Assembly: GCA_964599395.1 (NCBI GenBank)
Contig: CAZRDY010000002.1
Span: forward strand, 189,990 to 253,989
Length of the DNA: 64,000 nucleotides
Source of the DNA: an uncultured Gammaproteobacteria bacterium
GTDB lineage: Bacteria > Patescibacteriota > Patescibacteriia > Patescibacteriales > Patescibacteriaceae
Direction of reading: 5' to 3'
A program made the position numbers and the translations under genes. Shown one piece after another: positions 27,973-37,138 of the stretch. Numbering within the stretch: the first letter of the stretch is position 1; each line of letters begins with the position of its first letter. The notes beneath the pieces were generated by a model. It was not told where the DNA came from. It made no database searches and was given only the letters and a program-made list of their open reading frames with translations.

Positions 27973-29116
27973 AATATGTTTTCAAAAATATCTCATACTG
28001 CGCTCGATGTACCGGACTGGCCGCCTTTGTCAGATCTTCAAGTCGCACCCAGCGAAATCCTTTGTGTTCTACTGGATTGGTTCGCACTCCGTTACGAGGA
28101 CCTCTGTAGCGCAAAATGCAAAAACTTTGACGTTGGCCCTTATACCCTTTATTAGTATAGTGCTTCGGCCATTCATATTGATACATCTTCGGATATACTG
28201 ACACAAGTAGAAGATCTGTCAAACCGGTTTCTTCCTGAACCTCACGTCTCACCGCTTCTTCGAGACTTTCTCTTTTTTCAACACCGCCCTGCGGCAATCC
28301 CCAATATGTTCGATGTCCTGCGGCATTAAGAAGTAGCACTTCGTTATCAGAATTAACAATTAATGCAACCACATTAGGTCTATATTTAAATCGTCTAAAC
28401 TGCCAACCGATAATCGCTAAAGGAAATTTAACTACGGCGTTCCAAATTCTTTTAATTCGCCACGGCTGTTTCATTAAACGCCAGAGCCATTCAAAGCCCA
28501 AATTTTGAAAAATCTTAGGAGCTCGTTTTATTTTTCCGGTTAAAAAGTCAAAACTGCCTCCAACACCCATGGCAATGGCTACGGACGTTACATCTCTGAG
28601 CAATCGACGTCGTATAAAGATATCCTGTTCAGGAGCACCGAACGCGACAAAGACGATATCAGGACGAAATGCTCTCAGTGGTTTAACATCATAGTGAATA
28701 TCCTTCTTGTCCATTGAAAAAACAAAAGTCTTTAAGTAGGGATAACGCTTTTTAATAGCATTAACGATATCTGAATCACTGGACAGGCCATATCGCCAAT
28801 TCACCACTGCAACGCGCAAATGTTTTTGATCGGCAATTTTTAAAAGATATTGAACAAGGTTGGCGCCGCTATATCTGTGAATGTTTACTCCGTTAATCCA
28901 GGCGGCAAATTTCAAGCCAATGCCGTCAGGGATTGAAAGATCTGCTTTTAAAAGCACTGAAAAAAAGTCCTGGTCTTGCTGCGCCAGGAGTAAGAATTCG
29001 GGATTGGGGGTTACAATATGAGCATGACGACGAAATAAGAGCCGTCTGATTGCTCGTTCACGTTCAGAAGCTTTGAGAACTGAAATTGGCACCCCGAGTA
29101 GCACTGTCTTGTCCAT
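27947..29116 (-). CDS. Fusion protein: WecG/TagA/CpsF-family glycosyltransferase (GT26) plus C-terminal Nudix hydrolase
   Basis: GT26 motifs FGAPEQDIF, GVGGSFDFLTGKIKRAP, GFEWLWRL (aa 1 to ~240). Perfect Nudix box GGVEKRESLEEAVRREVQEETGL (aa 277-299, nt 28220-28288). The 3' end overlaps the murG start by 26 nt. Confidence 0.8.
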   Translation of the reverse strand: MDKTVLLGVPISVLKASERERAIRRLLFRRHAHIVTPNPEFLLLAQQDQDFFSVLLKADLSIPDGIGLKFAAWINGVNIHRYSGANLVQYLLKIADQKHLRVAVVNWRYGLSSDSDIVNAIKKRYPYLKTFVFSMDKKDIHYDVKPLRAFRPDIVFVAFGAPEQDIFIRRRLLRDVTSVAIAMGVGGSFDFLTGKIKRAPKIFQNLGFEWLWRLMKQPWRIKRIWNAVVKFPLAIIGWQFRRFKYRPNVVALIVNSDNEVLLLNAAGHRTYWGLPQGGVEKRESLEEAVRREVQEETGLTDLLLVSVYPKMYQYEWPKHYTNKGYKGQRQSFCILRYRGPRNGVRTNPVEHKGFRWVRLEDLTKAASPVHRAQYEIFLKTYYESKRTKK

Positions 29117-29179
29117 ACAGTTTTTACAGGGTAAAATTAGAAATATTAGTCATTTTTATTATACGTGACATATTAAGGA

Positions 29180-29208
29180 TTGACAATAAATATTAGCAGT
29201 CTTATAAT
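29180..29208 (+). promoter_or_regulatory. Consensus sigma70 promoter of clpB
   Basis: TTGACA (29180-29185), exactly 17 nt of spacer, TATAAT (29203-29208). Confidence 0.7.
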
Positions 29209-29219
29209 ACGAGTGCTAA
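29193..29219 (+). promoter_or_regulatory. CIRCE operator (HrcA binding site)
   Basis: TTAGCAGTC-N9-GAGTGCTAA versus the CIRCE consensus TTAGCACTC-N9-GAGTGCTAA (17/18 match). It overlaps the spacer and -10 of the clpB promoter. Confidence 0.75.
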
Positions 29220-29220
29220 T

Positions 29221-29236
29221 CCCCGCCTTCGCGGGG
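29221..29236 (+). promoter_or_regulatory. 5'-UTR stem-loop containing the SD-like GGGGA of clpB
   Basis: CCCCGC-CTTC-GCGGGG. The 3' arm plus the next A gives GGGGA, 6 nt upstream of ATG 29244. Confidence 0.4.
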
Positions 29237-29243
29237 ATGACAG

Positions 29244-31880
29244 ATGAAAAATATGTTAGACAAATTTACACATAAATCTCAAGAAGCAATTATTAATGCT
29301 CAGGTTATCGCTCAAGAATATGGCCAACAATATATCAGCGGCCTCCATATGCTCTTGGCTTTGCTTGAACAAAGCGAAGGGATGGTCAAACCAATTTTGG
29401 AAAATTTTGAAGTAGATACCGAAGCCTTGCGAGAACTTGCTGAAGCAGAAATTGAAAAACTACCAAAAATTGAAGTTCAAGCTTCAGTCGGCATGGTACA
29501 GGGCACAACCGAAATGGCGATGATTGTTGAACGAGCAGTTAAAGAAGCCGGGATGATGGAAGACGAATTTGTTTCAACTGAACATATTCTTCTCGCCATC
29601 CTTGAAACAAAATCTGATGCGCAGCGAATTTTACTAGCTAAAAATATCATTCGCAAAAAATTACTTGAAGCTATCAAATCAATTCGCGGTGATAAAAAGG
29701 TAGACAGTCAGGAACCGGAAACACGTTTTCGCGTTATTGAAAAATATACTACCAACTTAACGCAGATGGCACGCGACCATAAACTTGATCCTGTCATCGG
29801 ACGAGATGATGAAATTAAACGTGTCATGCAAATTCTTTCACGACGTTTAAAAAATAATCCGGTCTTACTCGGAGAAGCCGGCACCGGTAAAACCGCAATT
29901 ATCGAAGGTTTGGCGCAACGTATTATTTCCGGCGACGTTCCCGAAAGCCTTAAAAACAAAGAATTAATTTCTCTTGATCTTGGCTCACTCATCGCCGGAG
30001 CAAAATTCCGCGGTGAATTTGAAGATCGACTGAAAGCGTTAATTAAAGAGATTGAATCAAACGACGGACGTATTATTCTCTTTATTGATGAATTGCATAC
30101 CATTGTTGGCATGGGTTCAGCCGACGGCGCCGCCGATGCGGCTAATATGTTAAAGCCGGCGTTATCCCGAGGAACACTACGCGCAATTGGTGCAACAACC
30201 ACACGTGAATATCAGAAATATATTGAAAAAGACACGGCACTCGAACGTCGTTTTCAACCGGTGTATGTCTCAGAACCTACTGAAGAAGACGCTATTTCAA
30301 TTTTACGCGGTGTTAAAGATAAGTATGAACTTCATCACGGTGTAAAGATTAGCGACTCTGCAGTTGTTGCTGCTGTTAAACTTTCCAATCGTTATATCAG
30401 CGACCGATTTTTGCCTGATAAAGCCATTGATTTAATGGATGAAGCCACTTCAGCGCTTCGCATGTCAATTGATTCTTCTCCTGAAGAGCTCGATATATTA
30501 AAAAAAGAAATTCGCACGCTTGAGCTGAATAAAGCCGGGCTGATTCGCGATAAACGCAATGACGCTAAGTTAAAGTTAGTAAGCAAAGAATTATCGGACT
30601 TAAAAGAAAAAGCTGCTCAACTTGAACTACGTTGGAAAAATGAGAAAGACAGCATTGGTCGTATCAGGGCTCATAAAAATCAAATCGATTTACTGAAAGC
30701 TGAAGCTGAAACTATTCAGCGTCGAGGGGATGACCTGACTAAAGTCGCAGAAATCAGATACGGACAAATCCCTGATTTGCTTAAAAAAATTAAGAAAGAG
30801 GAAAACGATTTGAATAAACTGAATTCGAACGGAGAAAAAATTCTTAAAGAAGAAATTGACGAAGAAGACATTGCTCGAGTTGTGGCGCGTTGGACTGGAA
30901 TCCCGGTTGCGAAGATGCTTGAATCAGAAGTAAAGAAGTTGGCTCGCGCTGAAGATGATTTGCGTACCCGTGTTGTCGGACAAGACGCCGCGATTTCTTC
31001 GGTTGCTCATGCGATCAGACGTTCACGTGTTGGCATTAACGAAGAAAAAAAACCAATGGGTTCATTTTTGTTTGTTGGACCGACCGGCGTAGGAAAAACT
31101 GAATTAGGAAAAGCTTTGGCCGAATTTATGTTTAATGACGAAAATTCTTTGATCCGTCTTGATATGAGTGAGTACATGGAAAAACATTCAGTGTCCAAAA
31201 TGATCGGCTCCCCTCCCGGCTACGTCGGCTATGAAGAAGGCGGACAATTAACCGATCGCGTCCGTCGTAAACCGTACAGTGTTATTTTGTTTGATGAAAT
31301 TGAAAAAGCTCATCCTGAAGTCTTTAATGTCTTATTGCAAATCCTGGATGACGGTCGTTTAACTGACGCTAAGGGGCGAACTGTTAATTTCAAGAATACA
31401 ATCATTATCATGACCTCAAACTTAGGCAATGAAATTATTCGTGAATATTCTATCGGCTTTTCGGATCATTCTGACGCCGAACGAGTCAAAGTTATGCAAC
31501 AGGAAGAAATGCGCGAAAAGATTGATAAGATTCTCAAGCAGCACTTTAAATTGGAATTCTTAAACCGTATTGATGAAATCGTCATCTTTAAGAGTCTGAT
31601 TAAAGAAGACTTGGTGAAAATCATTGACCTTGAACTTGGTAAGGTTGAAATTCGTTTGAGAAATCAAGATATTAAGATCCGCATTGCTAAAAATGTTAAA
31701 GAAATGCTCGCGGAAAAGAGTTTTGATAAAACTTTTGGCGCTCGTCCCCTAAAGCGCGTGATTCAAAACATGATTTTGAACGAATTGGCTTCCGAGATCG
31801 TCGCCGGACGAGTTAAACACGGAGATAAAGTAAGTATTTCCCTTGACCTCAAGAACAACATCGCAGTGACAGTGAAATAA
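29244..31880 (+). CDS. clpB: ATP-dependent disaggregase ClpB
   Basis: Two AAA+ modules ([20 protein letters not shown]), a long coiled-coil middle domain and a Clp N-domain. 878 aa. Confidence 0.95.
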   Translation: MKNMLDKFTHKSQEAIINAQVIAQEYGQQYISGLHMLLALLEQSEGMVKPILENFEVDTEALRELAEAEIEKLPKIEVQASVGMVQGTTEMAMIVERAVKEAGMMEDEFVSTEHILLAILETKSDAQRILLAKNIIRKKLLEAIKSIRGDKKVDSQEPETRFRVIEKYTTNLTQMARDHKLDPVIGRDDEIKRVMQILSRRLKNNPVLLGEAGTGKTAIIEGLAQRIISGDVPESLKNKELISLDLGSLIAGAKFRGEFEDRLKALIKEIESNDGRIILFIDELHTIVGMGSADGAADAANMLKPALSRGTLRAIGATTTREYQKYIEKDTALERRFQPVYVSEPTEEDAISILRGVKDKYELHHGVKISDSAVVAAVKLSNRYISDRFLPDKAIDLMDEATSALRMSIDSSPEELDILKKEIRTLELNKAGLIRDKRNDAKLKLVSKELSDLKEKAAQLELRWKNEKDSIGRIRAHKNQIDLLKAEAETIQRRGDDLTKVAEIRYGQIPDLLKKIKKEENDLNKLNSNGEKILKEEIDEEDIARVVARWTGIPVAKMLESEVKKLARAEDDLRTRVVGQDAAISSVAHAIRRSRVGINEEKKPMGSFLFVGPTGVGKTELGKALAEFMFNDENSLIRLDMSEYMEKHSVSKMIGSPPGYVGYEEGGQLTDRVRRKPYSVILFDEIEKAHPEVFNVLLQILDDGRLTDAKGRTVNFKNTIIIMTSNLGNEIIREYSIGFSDHSDAERVKVMQQEEMREKIDKILKQHFKLEFLNRIDEIVIFKSLIKEDLVKIIDLELGKVEIRLRNQDIKIRIAKNVKEMLAEKSFDKTFGARPLKRVIQNMILNELASEIVAGRVKHGDKVSISLDLKNNIAVTVK

Positions 31881-31884
31881 AAAA

Positions 31885-31919
31885 CAAAAAACATCGTTAT
31901 TATATATACGGTGTTTTTT
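31885..31919 (+). terminator. Candidate intrinsic terminator after clpB
   Basis: AAAAACATCG-AT-rich loop-CGGTGTTTTTT (stem with one G-U pair, then a T run). Confidence 0.45.
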
Positions 31920-31955
31920 GTTGTCTAAAGAGCACTTTTACGATATACTATCAAA

Positions 31956-33332
31956 ATGATGCAGCAATATAAACATATTACAGCTTTATTTTTTTTCAGC
32001 GCCGCTTTGTTCTTCTTAGCGCCATTCGCCGTGCGCGCGGATTTTGATCCGAACTTTATTATCGGAGATCAAGAAATCTTCGACGAAGCTTCAATGAGTC
32101 AAGAAGAAATCATTGCTTTCCTTAATGCTAAAGGTGGCTTTATCGCGACTTATACAGTAACTGATCCTGAAGGAAGGACAATGAGCGCCGCGCAAGCAAT
32201 CTATGAACGTTCCCGCGCCAATCATGTTAATCCAAAATTTATTTTTGTTCTTTTGCAAAAAGAACAGAGTTTGATTGAAGCAAAAAATCCCACACAAAGC
32301 CAGCTTGATTGGGCCGCAGGTTACGGGTGCCCTGACGGAGGAGGATGTAATGATCGTTGGCGCGGACTTTGGAAACAAATCAACAGCGCCACTTTGCAGT
32401 TCAGAGATTATATGGACAATCCTCAACTCTACCGATATAGAGTTGGTCAAACCTATACGATTCAAAACACCGGCCGACCTCCAATGAGTGTTACACCTCA
32501 AAATCTTGCGACCGCCGCATTATATAATTACACACCCCACGTCTACAACGGAAATTTTAATTTTTGGAAAATCTGGCAACGCTACTTCAGTCGTGATTAT
32601 TTAAGTGGATCACTGCTACAAGTTGCCGGCGAAGGCGGTGTATGGTTAATTGAAAACGGCATGAAACGTCCGTTCTTAACGCGTAGCGCTCTGACCTCTC
32701 GTTATGATCCAAGCCGTATTCAAATTGTTAGTCGAGCTGATTTAGACAAATATCCAAAAGGTGAGCCGATTAAATTTGCTCAATATTCAATTGTAAGAAT
32801 TCCAAACGGAAGAATATTTTTATTAGTTGATGATCATAAACGTCGCTTCGTTAATCCTGCCGCCTTTAAGAAAATGGGCTTTAATCCTGATGAAATTATA
32901 CAAGTTCAAGAAGCAGAATTAAGTTCATTTATTGACGGCGAGGTTTTGACAGAAACCTCAAGCTATCCGACAGGCGCCCTACTGCAGGATAAAAAGACCG
33001 GCGGTGTTTATTGGGTTTTTGAAGGTGTTAAGCAACCACTTCTTGACGCTTCATTGCTTAAAACTAAATTCAAATTGAAAAAAATAATTAAAACAAGCGA
33101 CACTGAATTAGCTACATATATTACTGGCGATCCGGTACGTTTAAACAACGGCGATATTGTAAGAACACCAAGTTCTCCGGCAGTGTATATTATTGAAAAT
33201 GGACTAAAGCGTCCGGTTACTTCAGCGGATACATTTCTCAAGCTCGGTTATAAATGGAGCAACGTTTTCGTAATTGCTGATATTGTACTTCAACTACATG
33301 GTGACGGCGCACCAGTTAGTATCGCCCTATAA
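31956..33332 (+). CDS. Secreted protein: Cys/Trp-containing N-terminal domain plus four ~55-aa C-terminal repeats
   Basis: Signal peptide ending FAVRA. Repeats GVWLIENGMKRPF / GRIFLLVDDHKRRF / GGVYWVFEGVKQPL / PAVYIIENGLKRPV. Function unknown; possibly wall-binding. Confidence 0.6.
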   Translation: MMQQYKHITALFFFSAALFFLAPFAVRADFDPNFIIGDQEIFDEASMSQEEIIAFLNAKGGFIATYTVTDPEGRTMSAAQAIYERSRANHVNPKFIFVLLQKEQSLIEAKNPTQSQLDWAAGYGCPDGGGCNDRWRGLWKQINSATLQFRDYMDNPQLYRYRVGQTYTIQNTGRPPMSVTPQNLATAALYNYTPHVYNGNFNFWKIWQRYFSRDYLSGSLLQVAGEGGVWLIENGMKRPFLTRSALTSRYDPSRIQIVSRADLDKYPKGEPIKFAQYSIVRIPNGRIFLLVDDHKRRFVNPAAFKKMGFNPDEIIQVQEAELSSFIDGEVLTETSSYPTGALLQDKKTGGVYWVFEGVKQPLLDASLLKTKFKLKKIIKTSDTELATYITGDPVRLNNGDIVRTPSSPAVYIIENGLKRPVTSADTFLKLGYKWSNVFVIADIVLQLHGDGAPVSIAL

Positions 33333-33334
33333 CT

Positions 33335-34141
33335 ATGTCTCTTCATTTTGCTGCGGTTATGCCGCATAGTCCATTATTGATTCCCAATATCGGAAAAGAA
33401 AATACAAGTCAATTTGTCTCGACCATTCCGGCTATAGAGCAAGTTGCCGAAAGAATTATTCAAGCGAAACTTGACACATTGCTACTTATTAGCGCTAAGG
33501 GTGCGACAATGGACAACAACTTTACTATTAATGTTCATCAAGAACTTAAAGCCAACTTTGAAATATTTGGAGACTTGGTAACTGATTTGCGTATTCCGGG
33601 AGATCTTGAACTTGCCGGACGTTTTCGCGAACATCTCGAAGCTGAATATCCTGTGCGACTTGCTACCGATACCGGACTCGATTATGCCGCATCAGTTCCA
33701 TTATTTTTAATTTCAGATAAAATTAAATTGCCAATAGTTCCCTTAATAGTTCCGCATAATAGCCATGACCTTATTCATGCTTTTGCTCCCGCCTTGCAAG
33801 AAACTATCTTGAACAGTAAAAAACGTATCGGCATTATTGCCGCCGCCGATCTTTCGCACCGACTCAGCAAACAATCTCCTGCCGGATATTCTGCTAAAGC
33901 AAAAAAAATCGATCAACGTTTGATCGAAATACTTAAAGATAATAATGCAAAAGGATTGACTGAGATTGAAAGCTTAGCCGTGGAAGCGGCGTGCGAAGAT
34001 ATTCCGGTGTTTGATTTATTTTTAGGATTACTGGATGACGTGGGCGCAACGCCGGGCATTGTTAACTACGAACCTCTTTTCGGCGTCGGTCACCTTACTT
34101 TGTGTTATGATCTGGGCTTGAACTCGTCGTCACAACCTTAA
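33335..34141 (+). CDS. LigB-superfamily (class III extradiol dioxygenase / Memo-like) protein
   Basis: N-terminus AAVMPHSPLLIP and mid-protein AAADLSHRLS resemble metal-ligand segments of the LigB/DODA fold. Tentative. Confidence 0.45.
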   Translation: MSLHFAAVMPHSPLLIPNIGKENTSQFVSTIPAIEQVAERIIQAKLDTLLLISAKGATMDNNFTINVHQELKANFEIFGDLVTDLRIPGDLELAGRFREHLEAEYPVRLATDTGLDYAASVPLFLISDKIKLPIVPLIVPHNSHDLIHAFAPALQETILNSKKRIGIIAAADLSHRLSKQSPAGYSAKAKKIDQRLIEILKDNNAKGLTEIESLAVEAACEDIPVFDLFLGLLDDVGATPGIVNYEPLFGVGHLTLCYDLGLNSSSQP

Positions 34142-34382
34142 AAAAATATCTCCACTGTTCTCCGCTTTGGCATAATTCTTTTGTATCAGCTAAGCAGCGT
34201 TCAATCACGACTCGAGGATAATCGCGACACACTTTGAATAAAGCGCTGCGTTTAAAGCCGGGAATCTTAATTTCTCGCTCAACTTTCAATGCTAAATCTT
34301 GCCAAGCGTATGCCGGAGCCTTTGGGCCGGCTTTTTTATTATCGAGAATATCTTTAAATGATAGCGGTTCAATGTCTTTCAT
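34095..34382 (-). CDS. Hypothetical small protein
   Basis: ORF-track 107-aa ORF. ATG 34382 (MKDIEPL) is preferred over GTG 34418. The 3' end overlaps the convergent gene by 47 nt. No SD seen. Confidence 0.4.
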   Translation of the reverse strand: MKDIEPLSFKDILDNKKAGPKAPAYAWQDLALKVEREIKIPGFKRSALFKVCRDYPRVVIERCLADTKELCQSGEQWRYFFKVVTTSSSPDHNTK

Positions 34383-34486
34383 AAATTCAGTATATAAAAA
34401 GAGAGACAGTTTTACCACCCCTCTAGTATTAAATTGCTACAATGCTGACTTGATTTTTTGCTTATATTATATATAATAAGGCTATT

Positions 34487-34951
34487 ATGCCTACAACTCT
34501 GCCATTAGTATTTCATCCGAACCCGATACTACGCGCGATGTCCGAAGCCATTGATCCCAAGGCAATTTCAAGCCTGGGAAATTTGTGGCGCGATATGGCT
34601 CAAACCATGAAAGATAATGAAGGAATTGGATTAGCGGCACCGCAAATTGGGCAAAATATTCGGCTTATTATTGTCAGTACGAGCGATGGTCCTTTGGCTA
34701 TGTTCAATCCTCTACTAATCAAAAAATCATTATTGAAAGAGTGGGGCGAAGAAGGATGCCTGTCTATACCGCAAACTTTCGGTGATGTTAAGCGACACAA
34801 AAGCGTCCGCTGTTCGTTTATTGACGCTGAAGGAAACACTCGTAGTATTGATGCAAAAGGATTACTCGCTCGAGTTATCCAACACGAGATAGATCATATT
34901 AACGGAGTCCTCTTTATCGACAAAGCGAAGAATATTCATACAGTAAAATAA
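34487..34951 (+). CDS. def: Peptide deformylase
   Basis: Motifs GIGLAAPQIG, EGCLSIP, HEIDHINGV. Confidence 0.95.
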   Translation: MPTTLPLVFHPNPILRAMSEAIDPKAISSLGNLWRDMAQTMKDNEGIGLAAPQIGQNIRLIIVSTSDGPLAMFNPLLIKKSLLKEWGEEGCLSIPQTFGDVKRHKSVRCSFIDAEGNTRSIDAKGLLARVIQHEIDHINGVLFIDKAKNIHTVK

Positions 34952-34952
34952 C

Positions 34953-35888
34953 ATGAAACCATTTCGCATTGCATTTGTCGGCACTCCGCAAATCAGTATT
35001 CCTTGTTTAGAGGCGCTCAGCACTGACGAGCGCTTTGAAATTGTTGTCGTTGTTACGCAACCGGATATGCCAGCCGGCAGAAATCTTGAACTCACTCCCC
35101 CGCCCGTCAAAACCTTTGCGGTTGGTCATGATTTGCAAGTACTACAACCGCAAAAAATTTCTTTAATTGCGGATCAACTGCGTGAAATGCAACTTGATGC
35201 GATTGTTGTTATTGCGTATGCACAAATCATTCCTGAATCTATCTTAAGTCTGCCTAAATTTGGTTGCGTTAATGTGCATGGTTCCCTCTTACCTAAATAT
35301 CGCGGCGCCGCAGTTTTACAAGCGCCTATTTTAAATAATGATTCTGAAACCGGCGTGACTATTATGCTCATGGATAAAAATCTTGATACCGGACCGATCT
35401 TAAAACAAAAAGCTTTTCCTATCACTGCACAAGAGACTGCCGGAACTTTGGGTAAAAAAATGGCAGAAGTAGGCGCTGAGCTTTTGCCGCAAACTTTAGT
35501 AGATTATTTTAGTGGTAATATTACACCACAAGATCAAAACGACGCTTTAGCAAATTATGTTGGACGTCTGAGTAAAGAAGATGGCTTGATTGATTGGACA
35601 AAGCCTGCTAAACAGTTAGAGTGCTTTGTGAGAGCTATGACTCCTTGGCCTTCGGCCTGGACTTGGATTGCCGGAAAAAAGTTAAAGATTATAGAAGTTG
35701 ATCCGACAATTATGACGCTCACAATGCATAAGCCGGGTAAGACTTTCATTTATAACAGTACCTTGGCTGTGCAATGCGGAACAGATTCATTAATCATTCG
35801 CCGTTTGCAACTGGAAGGGAAAAAGCCGATTACGTCTCAAGAGTTTTTGCAGGGTTATAATGAATTGATTGGAACGATTTTAGGGTAA
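34953..35888 (+). CDS. fmt: Methionyl-tRNA formyltransferase
   Basis: VVTQPDMPAGR and NVHGSLLPKYRGAAVLQ, immediately downstream of def. Confidence 0.95.
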   Translation: MKPFRIAFVGTPQISIPCLEALSTDERFEIVVVVTQPDMPAGRNLELTPPPVKTFAVGHDLQVLQPQKISLIADQLREMQLDAIVVIAYAQIIPESILSLPKFGCVNVHGSLLPKYRGAAVLQAPILNNDSETGVTIMLMDKNLDTGPILKQKAFPITAQETAGTLGKKMAEVGAELLPQTLVDYFSGNITPQDQNDALANYVGRLSKEDGLIDWTKPAKQLECFVRAMTPWPSAWTWIAGKKLKIIEVDPTIMTLTMHKPGKTFIYNSTLAVQCGTDSLIIRRLQLEGKKPITSQEFLQGYNELIGTILG

Positions 35889-35893
35889 CTCAT

Positions 35894-35965
35894 GGTCCCA
35901 TCGTCTAACGGTTAGGACGCCAGGTTCTCATCCTGGTAATAGGGGTTCGATTCCCCTTGGGACTA
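35894..35965 (+). tRNA. tRNA-Glu (anticodon CUC), no encoded CCA
   Basis: Manual cloverleaf: acceptor GGTCCCA/TGGGACT (G1-U72), D arm GTCT-AACGGTTA-GGAC, anticodon arm CCAGG-TTCTCAT-CCTGG, variable TAAT, T arm AGGGG-TTCGATT-CCCCT, discriminator A. 72 nt. Confidence 0.9.
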
Positions 35966-35968
35966 CAA
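35949..35968 (+). repeat. Direct repeat copy 1 (3' end of tRNA-Glu)
   Basis: GATTCCCCTTGGGACTACAA, identical to 36017-36036. Confidence 0.9.
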
Positions 35969-36016
35969 GTTTAAAGAAAAGGGTTCTCGGCCAAGTGCCG
36001 ACCCGCCTCTGGCGGG

Positions 36017-36036
36017 GATTCCCCTTGGGACTACAA
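36017..36036 (+). repeat. Direct repeat copy 2 (orphan tRNA 3'-end fragment)
   Basis: GATTCCCCTTGGGACTACAA, 48 nt downstream of copy 1. Preceded by hairpins TCGGC-caagt-GCCGA and CCCGCC-tct-GGCGGG. Confidence 0.9.
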
Positions 36037-36068
36037 AGAAATTTTAACTCTTTGTAACTTCATATTTT

Positions 36069-36647
36069 ATGCAAAAAAGAGTATTCATAATTCATGGATG
36101 GGATGGTCATCCTGACGAAGGAATTTTCCCATGGCTAAAACAACAGCTGGAAACAAAGGGTTATCAGGTTTTTAATCCATCAATGCCAGATCCATTAAAC
36201 CCACAAATAGACTCTTGGGTTTCACATCTCAAAAAACAAATTGGTGTTCCGGATAATAACACAGTTTTATTTGGACACTCTATCGGTACTCAAACAATTT
36301 TACGGTATTTGGAATCGCTCAACGAGGAAGAAAAGATTTGTGGTGCTGTATTCTTAGCAGGGTGGATACATCTTACTGATGAAGCATATGAAACTAAAGA
36401 AGATGCAGATATTGCCAAACCTTGGTTAGATACTCCACTGGATTGGGAAAAAATTAAATCTCATTCAGATAAATTTATTGCCATTTTTTCTGATAACGAT
36501 CCACTTGTTCCAATTGCTGACGCTAAAATCTTTGAAGATAAGCTAGAAGCAAAAATCATTATTGAACACGAGAAAGAGCATTTTAGTGGAAGCACTGGAA
36601 TCAAGGAATTACCTTCCGCCCTTGATGCGGTTTTGGAAATTATATGA
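36069..36647 (+). CDS. Alpha/beta serine hydrolase, YdeN/RBBP9 family
   Basis: VFIIHGWDGHP, nucleophile elbow GHSIG, SDNDPLVP, EHFSG. 192 aa. Confidence 0.7.
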   Translation: MQKRVFIIHGWDGHPDEGIFPWLKQQLETKGYQVFNPSMPDPLNPQIDSWVSHLKKQIGVPDNNTVLFGHSIGTQTILRYLESLNEEEKICGAVFLAGWIHLTDEAYETKEDADIAKPWLDTPLDWEKIKSHSDKFIAIFSDNDPLVPIADAKIFEDKLEAKIIIEHEKEHFSGSTGIKELPSALDAVLEII

Positions 36648-37135
36648 AGAAAAAAAATATCAACAGCTATTATCTTTCTCTACCTGCCAAAAGAATGGGT
36701 TCGGGAGTTATTATTAGAAATAGACAAGGTGAAATTCTTCTTCTTAAAACAACATATAAAGATCACTGGGAAATTCCTGGAGGTGTTGTTGAGACGGACG
36801 AATCTCCTAGAGATACTGCTCAAAGAGAAACGCTAGAGGAAATTGGTTTAAGAATAAAGATTAAATCATGCTTAGTGATTCACTACCGAGCAGCACAGGG
36901 TGACCAAAATGAAAATATTATGTTTGTATTTGATGGAGGTATCTTACAAAATATAAAAAAACTTAAAATTGACAATAAAGAAATTTCAGAAGCAAAATTT
37001 CTATCATTTAAGAAAGCAAAGCTATTAGTAGGTAAACGAATTGCGAGTCGCCTCCCCTTTTGTGAGAAAGCTTTAAAAAAGAAACAGACAATCTATCTTG
37101 AAAGTATTAAGAATATTAAACCAACTGAGATTTAA
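36644..37135 (+). CDS. Nudix hydrolase
   Basis: Nudix box GVVETDESPRDTAQRETLEEIGL. ATGA overlap with the upstream stop. Confidence 0.85.
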   Translation: MKKKNINSYYLSLPAKRMGSGVIIRNRQGEILLLKTTYKDHWEIPGGVVETDESPRDTAQRETLEEIGLRIKIKSCLVIHYRAAQGDQNENIMFVFDGGILQNIKKLKIDNKEISEAKFLSFKKAKLLVGKRIASRLPFCEKALKKKQTIYLESIKNIKPTEI

Positions 37136-37138
37136 AGT

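Noticed and set aside
29708-30202. 164-aa ORF antisense to clpB, plus similar ones at 29477-29677, 30392-30586 and 31007-31198
   Set aside because: The peptide is S/R/P-rich and low-complexity, has no SD, and sits fully inside a highly conserved gene. This is a typical antisense artefact of codon bias.
34095-34141. 47-nt convergent overlap of the LigB-like gene and the 95-107-aa ORF, as antisense regulation
   Set aside because: The small ORF has no SD and an uncertain start. The overlap more likely reflects a weak gene call than a regulatory design.
35969-36040. Possible second tRNA or pseudo-tRNA after tRNA-Glu
   Set aside because: Only the last 20 nt match a tRNA. The upstream hairpins have 5-nt and 3-nt loops and cannot form D, anticodon and T arms, and there is no acceptor 5' strand. 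Treated as a duplicated fragment instead.
36644-36647. Alternative genetic code (UGA recoded, as in some CPR lineages)
   Set aside because: TGA ends the hydrolase ORF exactly at an ATGA stop/start overlap. All conserved genes have normal lengths with TGA, TAA and TAG as stops.
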